Origin: Geopsychrobacteraceae bacterium
GTDB lineage: Bacteria; Desulfobacterota; Desulfuromonadia; Desulfuromonadales; Geopsychrobacteraceae
Length of the DNA: 64,000 nucleotides
Reading direction: 5' to 3'
Assembly (NCBI GenBank): GCA_963662315.1
Contig: OY759353.1
Location: forward strand, 192,001 to 256,000
The notes under the pieces were generated by a model, which saw only the letters and a program-made list of their open reading frames with translations, was not told the origin of the DNA and did no database searches. The translations under genes and the position numbers were made by a program. Below are positions 31,522 through 41,701 of the stretch, piece after piece. The stretch's first letter is position 1. Every line of letters begins with the position of its first letter.

Positions 31522-33004
31522 TGCTGAGGTCATCACTACTGTCATCCAGATCGATAATGTGGGTTCCCATGCGACCAAACTCTTCATCGAGAAGTAATTC
31601 AATAGAAACCGGTTGAAACGGATTAACCTTCTGTACCAGCAGGGTCCAGACCAAGGCATACAAAGCGGTCAAGGCAAGCATGATCCCGAATGGAATATAG
31701 ACCTCCATAGCATCCATGCCCGGAGGGGCGATATAGCAGATGGCGATAACAATCCCCAGGGAAGAAACCAGCTGCGGAATGGGAAACCATGGAGAGCGAT
31801 AAGCGCGGGGGAGGTCAGGGCGTCTGAAGCGTAATACGACGACAGACAGGGTCACAAGCAGATACGCCACCCCCCAGGAACAGACAGCTGCCAGAATCAG
31901 GTGGAGGATTTGATCGAGGTTACCCTTGAGATACCAGGCATGGCCGCAGGGTATCAGTGCTGCAACGATAATTCCGGCAACCGGGCTTTTGAAGCGGGGA
32001 TGAAGGTAGGTAAAAATCCGCGGCAAAGCGCCATCAACCGCCATGCCGTAAAGAATGCGTGGCAATCCCGCCATCAACGTGTTGATGGTAGCTGCACCGG
32101 CAAACAAAAAACCGATTCCGATCCAGATTTTACCAAATGGTCCCATCACTTGATTAGCAAACATCGGAATAGCGTTAGGCGTCTCAAGGAGGTGAACAGT
32201 TCCTTGTGGGTCGAGGGGAATATTGATGACCTGCCGGCTGACGGCGGTACCGTAAATAAGCATACAGACACATACTCCAGATAAACCAATAAACATGGCT
32301 TTAGGAATATTGCGTGCGGAATCCTTCAGCTCAGGGGCCAAAGGGGTAACGAATTCGGCCCCGACAAACATGAACATCGCCATGCCGACAAAGGACAGCA
32401 TGGTATTTAAGTCTGAGCCGACCATGGATGCCCCGAAGATTCCTTCAAGGGGTACTAATGGCGCTTTGATCAGACCGCAGATGCCAAAAATCAGCAGGGT
32501 ACTAAACATCCCAAAGGTCAAAATGACCTCGGCCTTACTGAAAACGCTGATACCAAAAAAATTCAGAATAGCGAAAATGATGACGAGTCCGACTCCAACC
32601 AGCCACTCGGTTCCTGTCGCTTCCAAGGTATTGTGTAAGGCTTCAAAATTGACCGTAGCCATAATACCGCTGAGGATCGTTTCTGCCGTACCGGCAAAGG
32701 CATGCACCAGGACATAAGCAGTGATGGTCCCGGTAATTCCAAAAAAGCGCCCTAAACCGCAGGAAATATAATCGTAAACTGAGCCGGACGTAGGGATGAT
32801 GGCGGCCGCTTCCGAAAAGGTCATCGCTTGGCACAGTAGCATTACCAGGGCGATAAGCACCGCGACAACAAAGGTTGAACCACCAAGACTGAAACCGGTG
32901 GTCACGGTCAGGATAACCGGGCTGGCCATGATCAGACCAACGGTACTAGCGAGGGCTGTGGGAAAACCGACAACCCCACTTTCAAGATGTTTTTTCAGAT
33001 CCAT
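31502..33004 (-). CDS. APC-family amine/amino-acid permease
   Basis: VGFPTALASTVGLIMASPV, EFVTPLAPE, PRILYGMAVDGALP, RRPDLPRAYRSP. Confidence 0.85.
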   Translation of the reverse strand: MDLKKHLESGVVGFPTALASTVGLIMASPVILTVTTGFSLGGSTFVVAVLIALVMLLCQAMTFSEAAAIIPTSGSVYDYISCGLGRFFGITGTITAYVLVHAFAGTAETILSGIMATVNFEALHNTLEATGTEWLVGVGLVIIFAILNFFGISVFSKAEVILTFGMFSTLLIFGICGLIKAPLVPLEGIFGASMVGSDLNTMLSFVGMAMFMFVGAEFVTPLAPELKDSARNIPKAMFIGLSGVCVCMLIYGTAVSRQVINIPLDPQGTVHLLETPNAIPMFANQVMGPFGKIWIGIGFLFAGAATINTLMAGLPRILYGMAVDGALPRIFTYLHPRFKSPVAGIIVAALIPCGHAWYLKGNLDQILHLILAAVCSWGVAYLLVTLSVVVLRFRRPDLPRAYRSPWFPIPQLVSSLGIVIAICYIAPPGMDAMEVYIPFGIMLALTALYALVWTLLVQKVNPFQPVSIELLLDEEFGRMGTHIIDLDDSSDDLSNACEAV

Positions 33005-33213
33005 ACTCTGCTCCTTAATGGTGAATAAGATCAAATTCATGTTTCTTGACTTACCGCACCTTTGCGGAGCAACTGCAGTCCATATCGTTGACGCAGCATT
33101 ATTCTGTTTTTTGTAATGACCCAAAAATTACTCGTGCTCGGGTCATAATAAGGATTCTGGTCCTTGAATCCCGTTTTTACTCGGCCATTGAAATACGGAG
33201 ATGAAGATTGAGT

Positions 33214-33233
33214 ATTGGAAAAAACGGAACAGT
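33214..33233 (-). promoter_or_regulatory. Shared 20-bp motif, copy 2 (candidate AraC site)
   Basis: ATTGGAAAAAACGGAACAGT between the permease and the divergent AraC gene. Confidence 0.65.
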
Positions 33234-33458
33234 GACTTGGTGGACGCAAAAAAGGGATGTTTTAGATGGATGTGTACTTGTATGCTTTTGTTTAAAAAAT
33301 AGGCACGATAAGGACAAATCATATGCATAAAATGATTACCTACTAAGCAGTGATGACTGGTTTTTCATGAAACTCCAATAGAATCAGAAGGTTGCCTGAT
33401 ATGCTGAAAATAGGCATAAAACTTGCCTATCTATCCGGGCAAGAGATGGAGACATTAT

Positions 33459-34256
33459 ATGGGCAATGTAAAAAATTATCGACCAGCACAGCCATTTTTT
33501 GAGCTGACAACAAAAAATTACGTGTCGCGACTGTCAGCAAGGCAACAACAACTCGCTCAGTACTATAGCTTTGTTATCTCTCCTGAATCGAAGGAATCTA
33601 TCGTTGCTGTCCCCGATGGTAGCATCGACATCGTCTTCCACTGCTCTTCGTCTAAACCCCAGGCTTTGATCTGCGGCTCAGTCAAAAAAGGTAAAAGGAT
33701 CGAGTTTGCCAAAGGTGACCTTTATTTCGGAGCACGTTTTTATCCGGGTATGGCTAATCAGTTGTTGGGGTGTCCGATGGATCAATTTACCGAAAAGGAA
33801 ATAATCCTGAGCGATGTTCAAAAAAAGGCTGATGGGTTAGCTGAAAGGATCTGCTCTGCTAATTCTTTTGACGAAAGGGTGCAGCTCTTCGAACAATTTC
33901 ATCGTAACAGTGAAGAACAGCTTTCTTCTTCAGCATTAGTCAGTTTTATCCTGAAGAAAATCAATGAATGCAATGGAGACATCCGCATTCAAGAGCTAGA
34001 GGAAGAGACCGGCTATTCAACTCGCTATATCAATAGTTGTTTCAAAAAACATGTTGGTATTGCACCGAAACTGTTTTTACGGATTGTGCGCTTTCAACGT
34101 TGTTTCAACAGATTGCGTTCTCAAACGCACAATTTAAACTTTGCGGATTTGGCTCTTGATGCGGGATACTACGACCAGGCTCATTTTATCAACGAATTTA
34201 AAGAATTTTCCCTCTATACGCCAACACAGGCTCATAGTGTGGCCCTTTCTCAGTGA
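33459..34256 (+). CDS. AraC-family transcriptional regulator
   Basis: VPDGSIDIVF N-terminal domain; VGIAPKLFLRIVRFQ and GYYDQAHFINEFK HTH. Confidence 0.9.
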   Translation: MGNVKNYRPAQPFFELTTKNYVSRLSARQQQLAQYYSFVISPESKESIVAVPDGSIDIVFHCSSSKPQALICGSVKKGKRIEFAKGDLYFGARFYPGMANQLLGCPMDQFTEKEIILSDVQKKADGLAERICSANSFDERVQLFEQFHRNSEEQLSSSALVSFILKKINECNGDIRIQELEEETGYSTRYINSCFKKHVGIAPKLFLRIVRFQRCFNRLRSQTHNLNFADLALDAGYYDQAHFINEFKEFSLYTPTQAHSVALSQ

Positions 34257-34613
34257 TTTTGTTTTCTCTATAAAAATGATTATGCAGTGTTCAAAACAAG
34301 TCAGCGGTTTTGCTTGTCTGTGGCCCCCGTGTCAGGATTCGCCTGGACCTTGATCGTGTTTATCTGCCCAAGCCAGAGTATGGGATTGAGTGTCTGATTA
34401 GCGGTAGTGGTGCACGATGAAGAGCGCAAGATGCAGAGGTATTTAACGTTGAAGATGAATCTTGCGTCAATCGCCTCGAAACCTGCCTGTCGTTTTTTTT
34501 GCGATGGCTGGTCTGCAAGCAGAGTGCTTGCGGAAGCAGTATGGTTCAGTGTATGAATACTTAACGATTATTTTTTATTAAGCGACGACAACCTCAAAAA
34601 ACGGTGCTACGAA

Positions 34614-35447
34614 ATGAGCGAAGTGAAGGATCTGAGCCAGAAAAAGGTATTTATCATTTCAGACGGAATTGGGCAGAGTGCGCTCAATGTGATCAAGGCC
34701 AGTCTGATTCAGTTTGATGTACCCACCTCGGTGATGCGGGTGTTCTCGCGCATGGACAATATCGACCGCATCAAAATTATCCTTGATCAGGCCCGGGAGG
34801 CCGATGCTTTTGTTGCCTTTACCATTGTCAAGCATGAGATTCGTGATCAGGTGCGGGATATCTGTCGTGAAATGGGGTTGATGTATCATGATATCCTTGG
34901 CCCGCCGATTGACAAGTTGTCGAAATATTTAGATCTTGTCCCAAAAGAGAGTGCCAACCTGCTGCGTCAGGTCGACAGTAAATATTTTGAACGGATTGAC
35001 GCCATTGAATTTACCATGAAGTACGACGATGGCCAGGATGTAAACAAGATATTTGAGGCTGATATTATCATTCTGGGCCTGTCAAGAACGTCTAAAACGC
35101 CAACTTCATACATGCTGGCTCAGCTGGGTTATAAAGTCGTTAATATCCCCCTGATGCTGGAAGTCCCCATCCCTGACGAAGTTTTCCTGGCCGATCCGAA
35201 TCGGGTTGTCTGTCTGATTATGGATTCTGAGGTCCTGCAGAAGATCCGCAATGCACGGGTCAAGCATTATCAGACCCAGAATAGTACCTATACTGATTTA
35301 AGACATATCTTCAACGAGATGGAAATGGTTCATGAACTGGTTAAAAAAAATAAAAAGTGGCATGTTGTTGATACGACCAACAAATCGGTAGAAGAAACGG
35401 CCAGGCAAATTCTTAATATGGTTTTTGGCCAGTCTCACGAAATTTAA
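34614..35447 (+). CDS. ppsR: PEP synthase/pyruvate,phosphate dikinase regulatory kinase-pyrophosphorylase
   Basis: ISDGIGQSA, YFERIDAIEFTMKYDDG, GLSRTSKTPTS, TNKSVEETA. Confidence 0.9.
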   Translation: MSEVKDLSQKKVFIISDGIGQSALNVIKASLIQFDVPTSVMRVFSRMDNIDRIKIILDQAREADAFVAFTIVKHEIRDQVRDICREMGLMYHDILGPPIDKLSKYLDLVPKESANLLRQVDSKYFERIDAIEFTMKYDDGQDVNKIFEADIIILGLSRTSKTPTSYMLAQLGYKVVNIPLMLEVPIPDEVFLADPNRVVCLIMDSEVLQKIRNARVKHYQTQNSTYTDLRHIFNEMEMVHELVKKNKKWHVVDTTNKSVEETARQILNMVFGQSHEI

Positions 35448-35761
35448 GCCGTCTCGAACTTCTCGCTCCTTATGGTTGGAAGGCTCAATATGTTTTGAAT
35501 CAGTTTCTCCGGCGGGTTGCCAGATTTTCTGCATATTGTAAAACCGGTTTCCCTGGGTCGTATCGCTGTTCCAGCCATAAATTTTTTGACTACTGATGGT
35601 CGCTTGAATAATTCACTACTTTTCGTACACTTAAATGATATGCTTTAGCATTAGAAAGAGTAAAAATGGTGTCCTGAATTTTCTCAATTAATGACCATCC
35701 TCTCTACCTGTCAACAGGCAGGGATGGCGGTTTTTTGAGTCGCAGTGCCAGGAGAATCGCT

Positions 35762-36733
35762 ATGCAACTTCGTCTGATGGGGTTGGTTGTTCTTACTCTG
35801 CTTGTAACCTGTTCCTGTGTTTTCGCATCGGCTGGACAGAACCAGAACCATAAAATTCTCTACGTCGATTCTTATGATGGGGCCTACCCGTGGAGTAACG
35901 GTATTTTCAGAGGGATTCAGGCTGTCCTGGCCGATTTCTCTGATGTTGAGTTGAGATCGTTTCACATGGATACCAAGCGCAAACCTTCCGAAGCCTGGAA
36001 AAAGGAGGTTGCCCGGCAGGCTAGAGACCTTATTGAAGAATGGCAGCCCGAGGTTGTTATCGCTTCTGATGACAACGCCTCCAAGTATTTGATTGTCCCT
36101 TATTATCTGAATAAACGGCTCCCCTTTGTTTTCTGTGGGGTTAACTGGAGCGCAACGGAGTATGGCTTTCCTGCTGCCAATGTGACCGGAATGGTGGAAG
36201 TGCAGCTTATTGATCAGTTGTTGAAACAGTTAAGGATCTACTCGGCTGGTGAGCGCATCGCTTTTATCAAAGGGGATGATCTTTCCGCCAGAAAAGAAGC
36301 GAGCTTTTATGAAGAACGATTTCACCTGAAACTGAAAAAGGTCTTTGTCAAAGACTTTAACGAGTGGCAACAGGAATATCGAAACTTGCAGCAGGATGCT
36401 GATATGATTCTTCTGGGCAACAGCAGCTCAATTGCGGGTTGGGACGCCGATACGGCATATCGCTTTATTCTGGAAAATACCCAGGTACCAAGCGGTAACT
36501 GGGATGACTGGATGGCCCGGTATAGTCTCATCACCCTTGCAAACCGGCCGGAAGAGCAGGGGGAATGGGCAGCACGGACAGCTATGAAGATTGTGGCAGG
36601 CACAGCGCCTGCGGATATTTCGCTGACGACCAATAAAAGAGCGCGGATTATACTGAACATGGAACTGGCCAGGCGGTTGAAGATCAAATTCCCCATCGAT
36701 CTTATTGAGCGTGCAACCTTTACTTCTGAGTGA
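35762..36733 (+). CDS. Periplasmic ligand-binding protein (ABC substrate-binding type)
   Basis: Signal peptide; ILYVDSY, MDTKR, SDDNA, PFVFCGVN motifs; no ABC permease adjacent. Confidence 0.75.
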   Translation: MQLRLMGLVVLTLLVTCSCVFASAGQNQNHKILYVDSYDGAYPWSNGIFRGIQAVLADFSDVELRSFHMDTKRKPSEAWKKEVARQARDLIEEWQPEVVIASDDNASKYLIVPYYLNKRLPFVFCGVNWSATEYGFPAANVTGMVEVQLIDQLLKQLRIYSAGERIAFIKGDDLSARKEASFYEERFHLKLKKVFVKDFNEWQQEYRNLQQDADMILLGNSSSIAGWDADTAYRFILENTQVPSGNWDDWMARYSLITLANRPEEQGEWAARTAMKIVAGTAPADISLTTNKRARIILNMELARRLKIKFPIDLIERATFTSE

Positions 36734-36740
36734 GCTGATA

Positions 36741-39041
36741 ATGCAGATCAACTCAATGCAGGTGAAACTGCCATTGCTGATATTTTTCAGTTTTATGCTG
36801 ACCACGATTCTGGTCATTTTGATCGTTGAGCATAATATGTCTACGGTTATTACCCGCAGTCAGACCAGCGAATATGGGGAAAAGATAGAGATCATTCTGC
36901 GGGCTATTGATAATAAGTACGAGCGTCTACAAAAAACCGGAATGGTCGCTATTTACGAAGAGGATTTTCAGCAGTCGACATTGCGTCAGTTGCGCAGTTC
37001 CTACCGTCAATTTGCTAAATCGGGAGCGACGGTCTTCATCATGAATTCTGATGGTGAGCTGCTGTTACCTGCAAATGCCACATCCTTTCCGGTGGCGCCT
37101 GAAACACTGGCTGCTCAATTGCAGACTGGGGAAGCGGGTAGTGTTGATCTTCTGCAACAGGATGGGCAGCGGATTTGGTGCCATTTTCAAACCTTTGCCC
37201 CTTGGCGCTGGAAAGTAGGGTACCTGATTCCAGATGTTGTCCGAAATCAGATCATCTATCAACTCACCCATGCTTTAGTCGTTGTCTGCGGCTCGATCAC
37301 CCTTGTGGTTGTCTGTATTTTACTCTGGCTGATCAGGCGTCAGCTGTATCCCATCAGACAACTGACAGATATTTCTGCCGAGATGGCCCGGGGAAACCTG
37401 GATAAAAAAATTCACGTTGAACGCCATGACGAAATCGGTCATTTGGCAGATCATTTCAATCAAATGCAGGCGGCTATTGTCGATACAATTGAGTCGCTTA
37501 AGAGCAATGAAAAGAATCTGCAGACAATTCTTAATTCCATTGGCGATGCGGTCATTGCCACTGATGAGAATCACCATATTGTCCATTTCAATCCGGTCGC
37601 AGAGGCGTTGACCGGTTGGTCTAAAGCAGAAGCTATCGACCAACCGCTGGAGAATGTTCTGGTGATCGTCGATCCGAAAACGCACCAGTCCCTGCTGTCC
37701 ACCATTCGTGAAATCGGGACTTCTCCTCATAACATTGAGAAGGATGTGTTGGTTGTTTCGCGAGATCATCAGGAACGGCTGGTGGCCGACTCGGTGGCTC
37801 CAATCCATTTCGAGGGCGAACGGGTGACTGGAGCTGTCTGGGTATTTCGTGACGTTACCGAGGAAAGGGCGCTGCAGGAACAACTGTTTCAGAATCGCAA
37901 AATGGAAACCATCGGTCAGTTAGCAGGTGGGGTTGCCCATGATTTCAATAATATGATTGGTGGAATTTTGGGGGCGGCCGAGCTGCTTAAGATGCGACCG
38001 AGCAGCCAGCAGTCTGAAAAATACGTGGATATGATTATCAGCGCCGGTGAAAGGGCTGCAGGACTGACCTCGAAACTATTAGCTTTTGCCCGTAAACAGA
38101 ATATCAGCTCAACTCCTGTCGATGCCGATCTGTCTTTGCGCAGCGCCCTGGAATTGCTGGAACGGACGATTGATCCTCGGATTCGGATTGTACGCCAGAT
38201 CCATACGGCATCGAGCCGGGTCATCGGAGATTTTACCCAGCTGGAAAATGTTTTTCTCAACCTGCTGATTAATGCCGCCCAAGCCATGCCTGCCGGTGGT
38301 GACCTGACAGTGACAACCAGGGTTACTGAGCTTGACAGTCAATACTGCCGTGCGAGCTCTTTTCCTATTGAACCAGGCACTTTCCTTGAGGTCGAAATCC
38401 GTGATACCGGGTGTGGCATCGCTCGCGAAAATATGCCTCATATATTTGAGCCCTTTTTTACCACGAAACCGCAGGGCAGCGGCACCGGACTTGGCCTGGC
38501 AGAGGTGTTGGGAACCGTTCAATCTCATATGGGTGAGGTTTCGGTCAACAGTGATCCCGGTGTGGGGACCGTATTTACTGTTTTCCTGCCGATTTCCCAA
38601 GTATCGATAACATCCAAGCCCTCCGTGCTCAAACCGTTGTCGGGGGCAGGTAAAATTCTGGTTGTTGATGATGAAGGGGTGATGCGGGTTACCGCCACTG
38701 CGATTCTCATTGAATTGGGCTACCAGGTGTTATCCGCAGATAACGGTAAAGCTGCCATTGAGCTGTTTCGTGATCATCATGAGGACATTGACCTCGTTCT
38801 GCTTGATATGATCATGCCGGAAATGAGTGGGCGTGACTGTTTCTACCAAATGAAACAGATTCAACCTGATGTCCGTATTGTTCTGTCCTCGGGTTTTACC
38901 CGAAGAGAAGAAATTGCAGATCTGCGCGCCAACCAGCTGACCGGATTTATCCGTAAGCCGTATCGGGCTGCCATTTTAAGTCAGGTGGTTGCGGTAGCCT
39001 TGACCGGTAATCTGGGCGAAGATATTTTGTGGGACTCTTGA
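36741..39041 (+). CDS. Hybrid sensor histidine kinase (TM-HAMP-PAS-HisKA-HATPase-REC)
   Basis: DEIGHLADHFN HAMP, SIGDAVIATD PAS, AHDFNN H-box, FEPFFTTK..GTGLGL, VVDDE..LDMIMP. Confidence 0.92.
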   Translation: MQINSMQVKLPLLIFFSFMLTTILVILIVEHNMSTVITRSQTSEYGEKIEIILRAIDNKYERLQKTGMVAIYEEDFQQSTLRQLRSSYRQFAKSGATVFIMNSDGELLLPANATSFPVAPETLAAQLQTGEAGSVDLLQQDGQRIWCHFQTFAPWRWKVGYLIPDVVRNQIIYQLTHALVVVCGSITLVVVCILLWLIRRQLYPIRQLTDISAEMARGNLDKKIHVERHDEIGHLADHFNQMQAAIVDTIESLKSNEKNLQTILNSIGDAVIATDENHHIVHFNPVAEALTGWSKAEAIDQPLENVLVIVDPKTHQSLLSTIREIGTSPHNIEKDVLVVSRDHQERLVADSVAPIHFEGERVTGAVWVFRDVTEERALQEQLFQNRKMETIGQLAGGVAHDFNNMIGGILGAAELLKMRPSSQQSEKYVDMIISAGERAAGLTSKLLAFARKQNISSTPVDADLSLRSALELLERTIDPRIRIVRQIHTASSRVIGDFTQLENVFLNLLINAAQAMPAGGDLTVTTRVTELDSQYCRASSFPIEPGTFLEVEIRDTGCGIARENMPHIFEPFFTTKPQGSGTGLGLAEVLGTVQSHMGEVSVNSDPGVGTVFTVFLPISQVSITSKPSVLKPLSGAGKILVVDDEGVMRVTATAILIELGYQVLSADNGKAAIELFRDHHEDIDLVLLDMIMPEMSGRDCFYQMKQIQPDVRIVLSSGFTRREEIADLRANQLTGFIRKPYRAAILSQVVAVALTGNLGEDILWDS

Positions 39042-39295
39042 ACGCGTTACTCGTCCTTTAAATCCATCCCCCCATGAATAGGCGGAATCTGACCTGCCAG
39101 GCAGTGAAGCTTATTAAGCAGTGCCCAAAAGTAACCAATTTTTGATTCAAATTCCATGAGATAGATGCGTAAGAGATTTTTGACCGGAGATCTGAAGTCA
39201 AGAGCATCTCTTATGCTGGATGCACTTAACTAGTAGTGCTGAATTGAAATTGTAAAGAGGGTTAAAGTCTAGGCTCCGGTTGATCCATTGCAGAA

Positions 39296-39360
39296 ATAAC
39301 CAAAAGTTATGGATTTAGCGAGAACATATATTAGCTTATCGGTATCACCCTCTCTATATT
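39296..39360 (+). promoter_or_regulatory. LysR-type promoter, copy 1
   Basis: ATAAC-CAAAA-GTTAT-GGA-N15-TATTAG-N20-TATATT. Confidence 0.75.
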
Positions 39361-39410
39361 CTGAGAAGAAAACAGAGATGTTAACAATGGAAAAAAGATG
39401 AAGAGAGGGA

Positions 39411-40220
39411 ATGCTTATGCGTACAGTATCCGATCCAGTCACTGGATTACAGTTTTTTGAACTCAGCCATCCTTGGGGGCATGGGGTGCCTTCTTATCCT
39501 GGCCAGGCAGATGTGATTATGCACCGTGCAGTAAAACATGCCCAGCATGGTGTTTTGGCGTGGAAAATCAACACCGTCATGCATACTGGTACCCACATGA
39601 ATGCTCCAATAAATCTGATTCAACGAGGAAAGGATCTCTCTGAGATTCCTGAGGATCGTTTCTTCGGGAATGGAGTTATTTTGAGCATACCAAAAGGATC
39701 TTATGAGGTTATTACTGCAGAAGATCTCAATGCGGCAACGCCGGGGATCCGAAAGGGTGATTTCGTCGTTATCGTTACTGGATGGCACCATAAATATTCA
39801 GATTCTCTCGAATATTTTGGTGAAAGCCCTGGACTTTCTAAGGCTGCGGCAGAGTATCTGGTCGAAATGGAATGTAAGGTTGTTGCCGTTGATACCCAAC
39901 AGATTGACCACCCTCTGGCGACCTCTCTTGGCCCTCACCGCGGTGGTCCGACCATGAAGCGTCTGGCACATTCCTACACTGAAGCGACCGGTATGGACCC
40001 TAAAGTGGAGCATGGTGAGTGGAACGCTGCACACAAAGTCCTTCTTGGTGCTGAAATCCCGACTATCGAACAAGTTGGTGGTGATGTTGATCAGCTGCTT
40101 GGCAAAAGAGCGACCTTTATCGCAGCCCCATGGAAATTCAAAAAAGGGGATGCTTGTCCTGTCCGCTTGGTTGCAATGGTTGATCCTACGGGCACCTGCC
40201 GTATTGATCCCGGTAAATAA
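39411..40220 (+). CDS. Cyclase-family (kynurenine formamidase-like) protein with degenerate metal motif
   Basis: HTGTHMNAPIN instead of HxGTHxDxPxH; paralog of the next gene. Confidence 0.8.
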   Translation: MLMRTVSDPVTGLQFFELSHPWGHGVPSYPGQADVIMHRAVKHAQHGVLAWKINTVMHTGTHMNAPINLIQRGKDLSEIPEDRFFGNGVILSIPKGSYEVITAEDLNAATPGIRKGDFVVIVTGWHHKYSDSLEYFGESPGLSKAAAEYLVEMECKVVAVDTQQIDHPLATSLGPHRGGPTMKRLAHSYTEATGMDPKVEHGEWNAAHKVLLGAEIPTIEQVGGDVDQLLGKRATFIAAPWKFKKGDACPVRLVAMVDPTGTCRIDPGK

Positions 40221-40244
40221 AATCACAATCTAAAGGGAAATAAA

Positions 40245-41024
40245 ATGAGCCTTGAAATATACAATTTAAGTCATACTTTTGAGCAGTTCATGCCGGAGTG
40301 GCCCTCTTCTCCGGGGGTTGACATTGATATTAACAAGTTTCACGCCAGGGATGGTGTCTATGAGGTGAAGTGGGAGGGTATTATGCACCGTGGTACCCAT
40401 ATGGATGCCCCACTGCATGTGACTGAAAACACGCCGGATATTACCGGATTTCCATTGTGGCAACTTTGTGGCACCGGAGTCGCAGTCTCTATACCCAAAG
40501 GGAAGTGGGGTGTCATTACGCCGGAAGACCTTGAAGCTGCACAACCTCAGATTCAGCCGGGTGACATCGTTATGATCAATACCGGATTTCATCATAAATG
40601 GGCTGATTGCGATGAGTATTTTGGTCATGGATGTGGTATCAGCGGGGCGGGGGCGCAGTGGCTGGTCGATAAAAAAGTTAAACTTGTTGGTTATGGACAT
40701 CAGGCTAACGACCACCCACTGGCGACCAAGCTGGTTGATCACGGCTTAGGCCCCACCCATCCTCATTTGATTGATGAGTACAAAGCTGAAACCGGACGTG
40801 ATGCGAAAGAGGATTTCCCGCTTTGGGAAGATGCGCACAAAAATCTAATGGTCGGTGGTGGTATTCCTGGTATTGAGAATATCGGTGGTGACCTTGATAA
40901 GGTTACCGGAAAACGGTGCTTTTTTGCGGCGTTCCCGTGGCGCTTTGTTGGTGGTGAGGGTTGTATCGTACGCGTTATCGCTATTGTAGATCCTGATCAG
41001 TCTTTCCGTTTCGAAGGTCTATGA
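40245..41024 (+). CDS. Cyclase-family metal hydrolase (candidate dihydrophloroglucinol-type ring hydrolase)
   Basis: Intact HRGTHMDAPLH; AH...GIENIGG. Confidence 0.8.
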   Translation: MSLEIYNLSHTFEQFMPEWPSSPGVDIDINKFHARDGVYEVKWEGIMHRGTHMDAPLHVTENTPDITGFPLWQLCGTGVAVSIPKGKWGVITPEDLEAAQPQIQPGDIVMINTGFHHKWADCDEYFGHGCGISGAGAQWLVDKKVKLVGYGHQANDHPLATKLVDHGLGPTHPHLIDEYKAETGRDAKEDFPLWEDAHKNLMVGGGIPGIENIGGDLDKVTGKRCFFAAFPWRFVGGEGCIVRVIAIVDPDQSFRFEGL

Positions 41025-41059
41025 TTGCTTAAAAGCCCGTTGACAGTGAAAAAATTATA

Positions 41060-41088
41060 GTCAGATCGTGCTCCAAGCACGATCTGGC
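41060..41088 (+). terminator. Hairpin after the cyclase pair
   Basis: GTCAGATCGTGCT / AGCACGATCTGGC. Confidence 0.55.
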
Positions 41089-41420
41089 CTGTTGAATATA
41101 TAACTTCCTAAAAACTATATAGTGCCTATTAAATAAATAGGTGCTTTTGTAACCTTTTTCCCCTTTTCTCTGGGAGCTTTTCTTGGCTGGGCATAGTTCG
41201 TAGTATTTGAAATATACCGGCCTTCTGGGATGTGTACAGTGTCACTGCAAGCCGTTTTCCCTTTCTGGAGAATCTCTCCTGTTCCTGATCAAGCATAAAT
41301 AATCGCCACTTTTTCTTGGCATGCCAGGCTCCATAAAATTCTATTATATTTTTACCCGAATTATCAATTTCTGTCTTAGTTATGGTGATAATACCATTTA
41401 AATCAAGTAGTTATTTTGCC

Positions 41421-41485
41421 ATAACTATAAGGCATGGAAAACAGGCAAATATGTATTGGTCGGGTAATTTGCCTTTCTATATAGT
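41421..41485 (+). promoter_or_regulatory. LysR-type promoter, copy 2 (most divergent)
   Basis: ATAAC-TATAA-GGCAT-GGA-N15-TATTGG-N20-TATAGT. Confidence 0.65.
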
Positions 41486-41701
41486 CCGACAACAAGAAGA
41501 CAGAACTGTTTTCTACCTCGAGGTAAAAAGAAAGGCCTTACTTCATGCAAAAGTAGGGCAAGAGTCGCTAGGTCGGATTCTCCTTTGACCATGCTTCTGT
41601 GTTTGGCCGTTTTTGAGAGGCCAATTCTTTACATGGCGACAGAATGTGACCTTAAGAATGAATCCATTAGCCTTTTCCTTATAGACAAGGGAGACTTTAG
41701 G

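Noticed and set aside
39411..41024. Kynurenine formamidase (kynB) of tryptophan catabolism
   Set aside because: No kynA or kynU nearby; proteins are longer with an extra DHPLAT insertion; co-regulated with beta-keto acid genes
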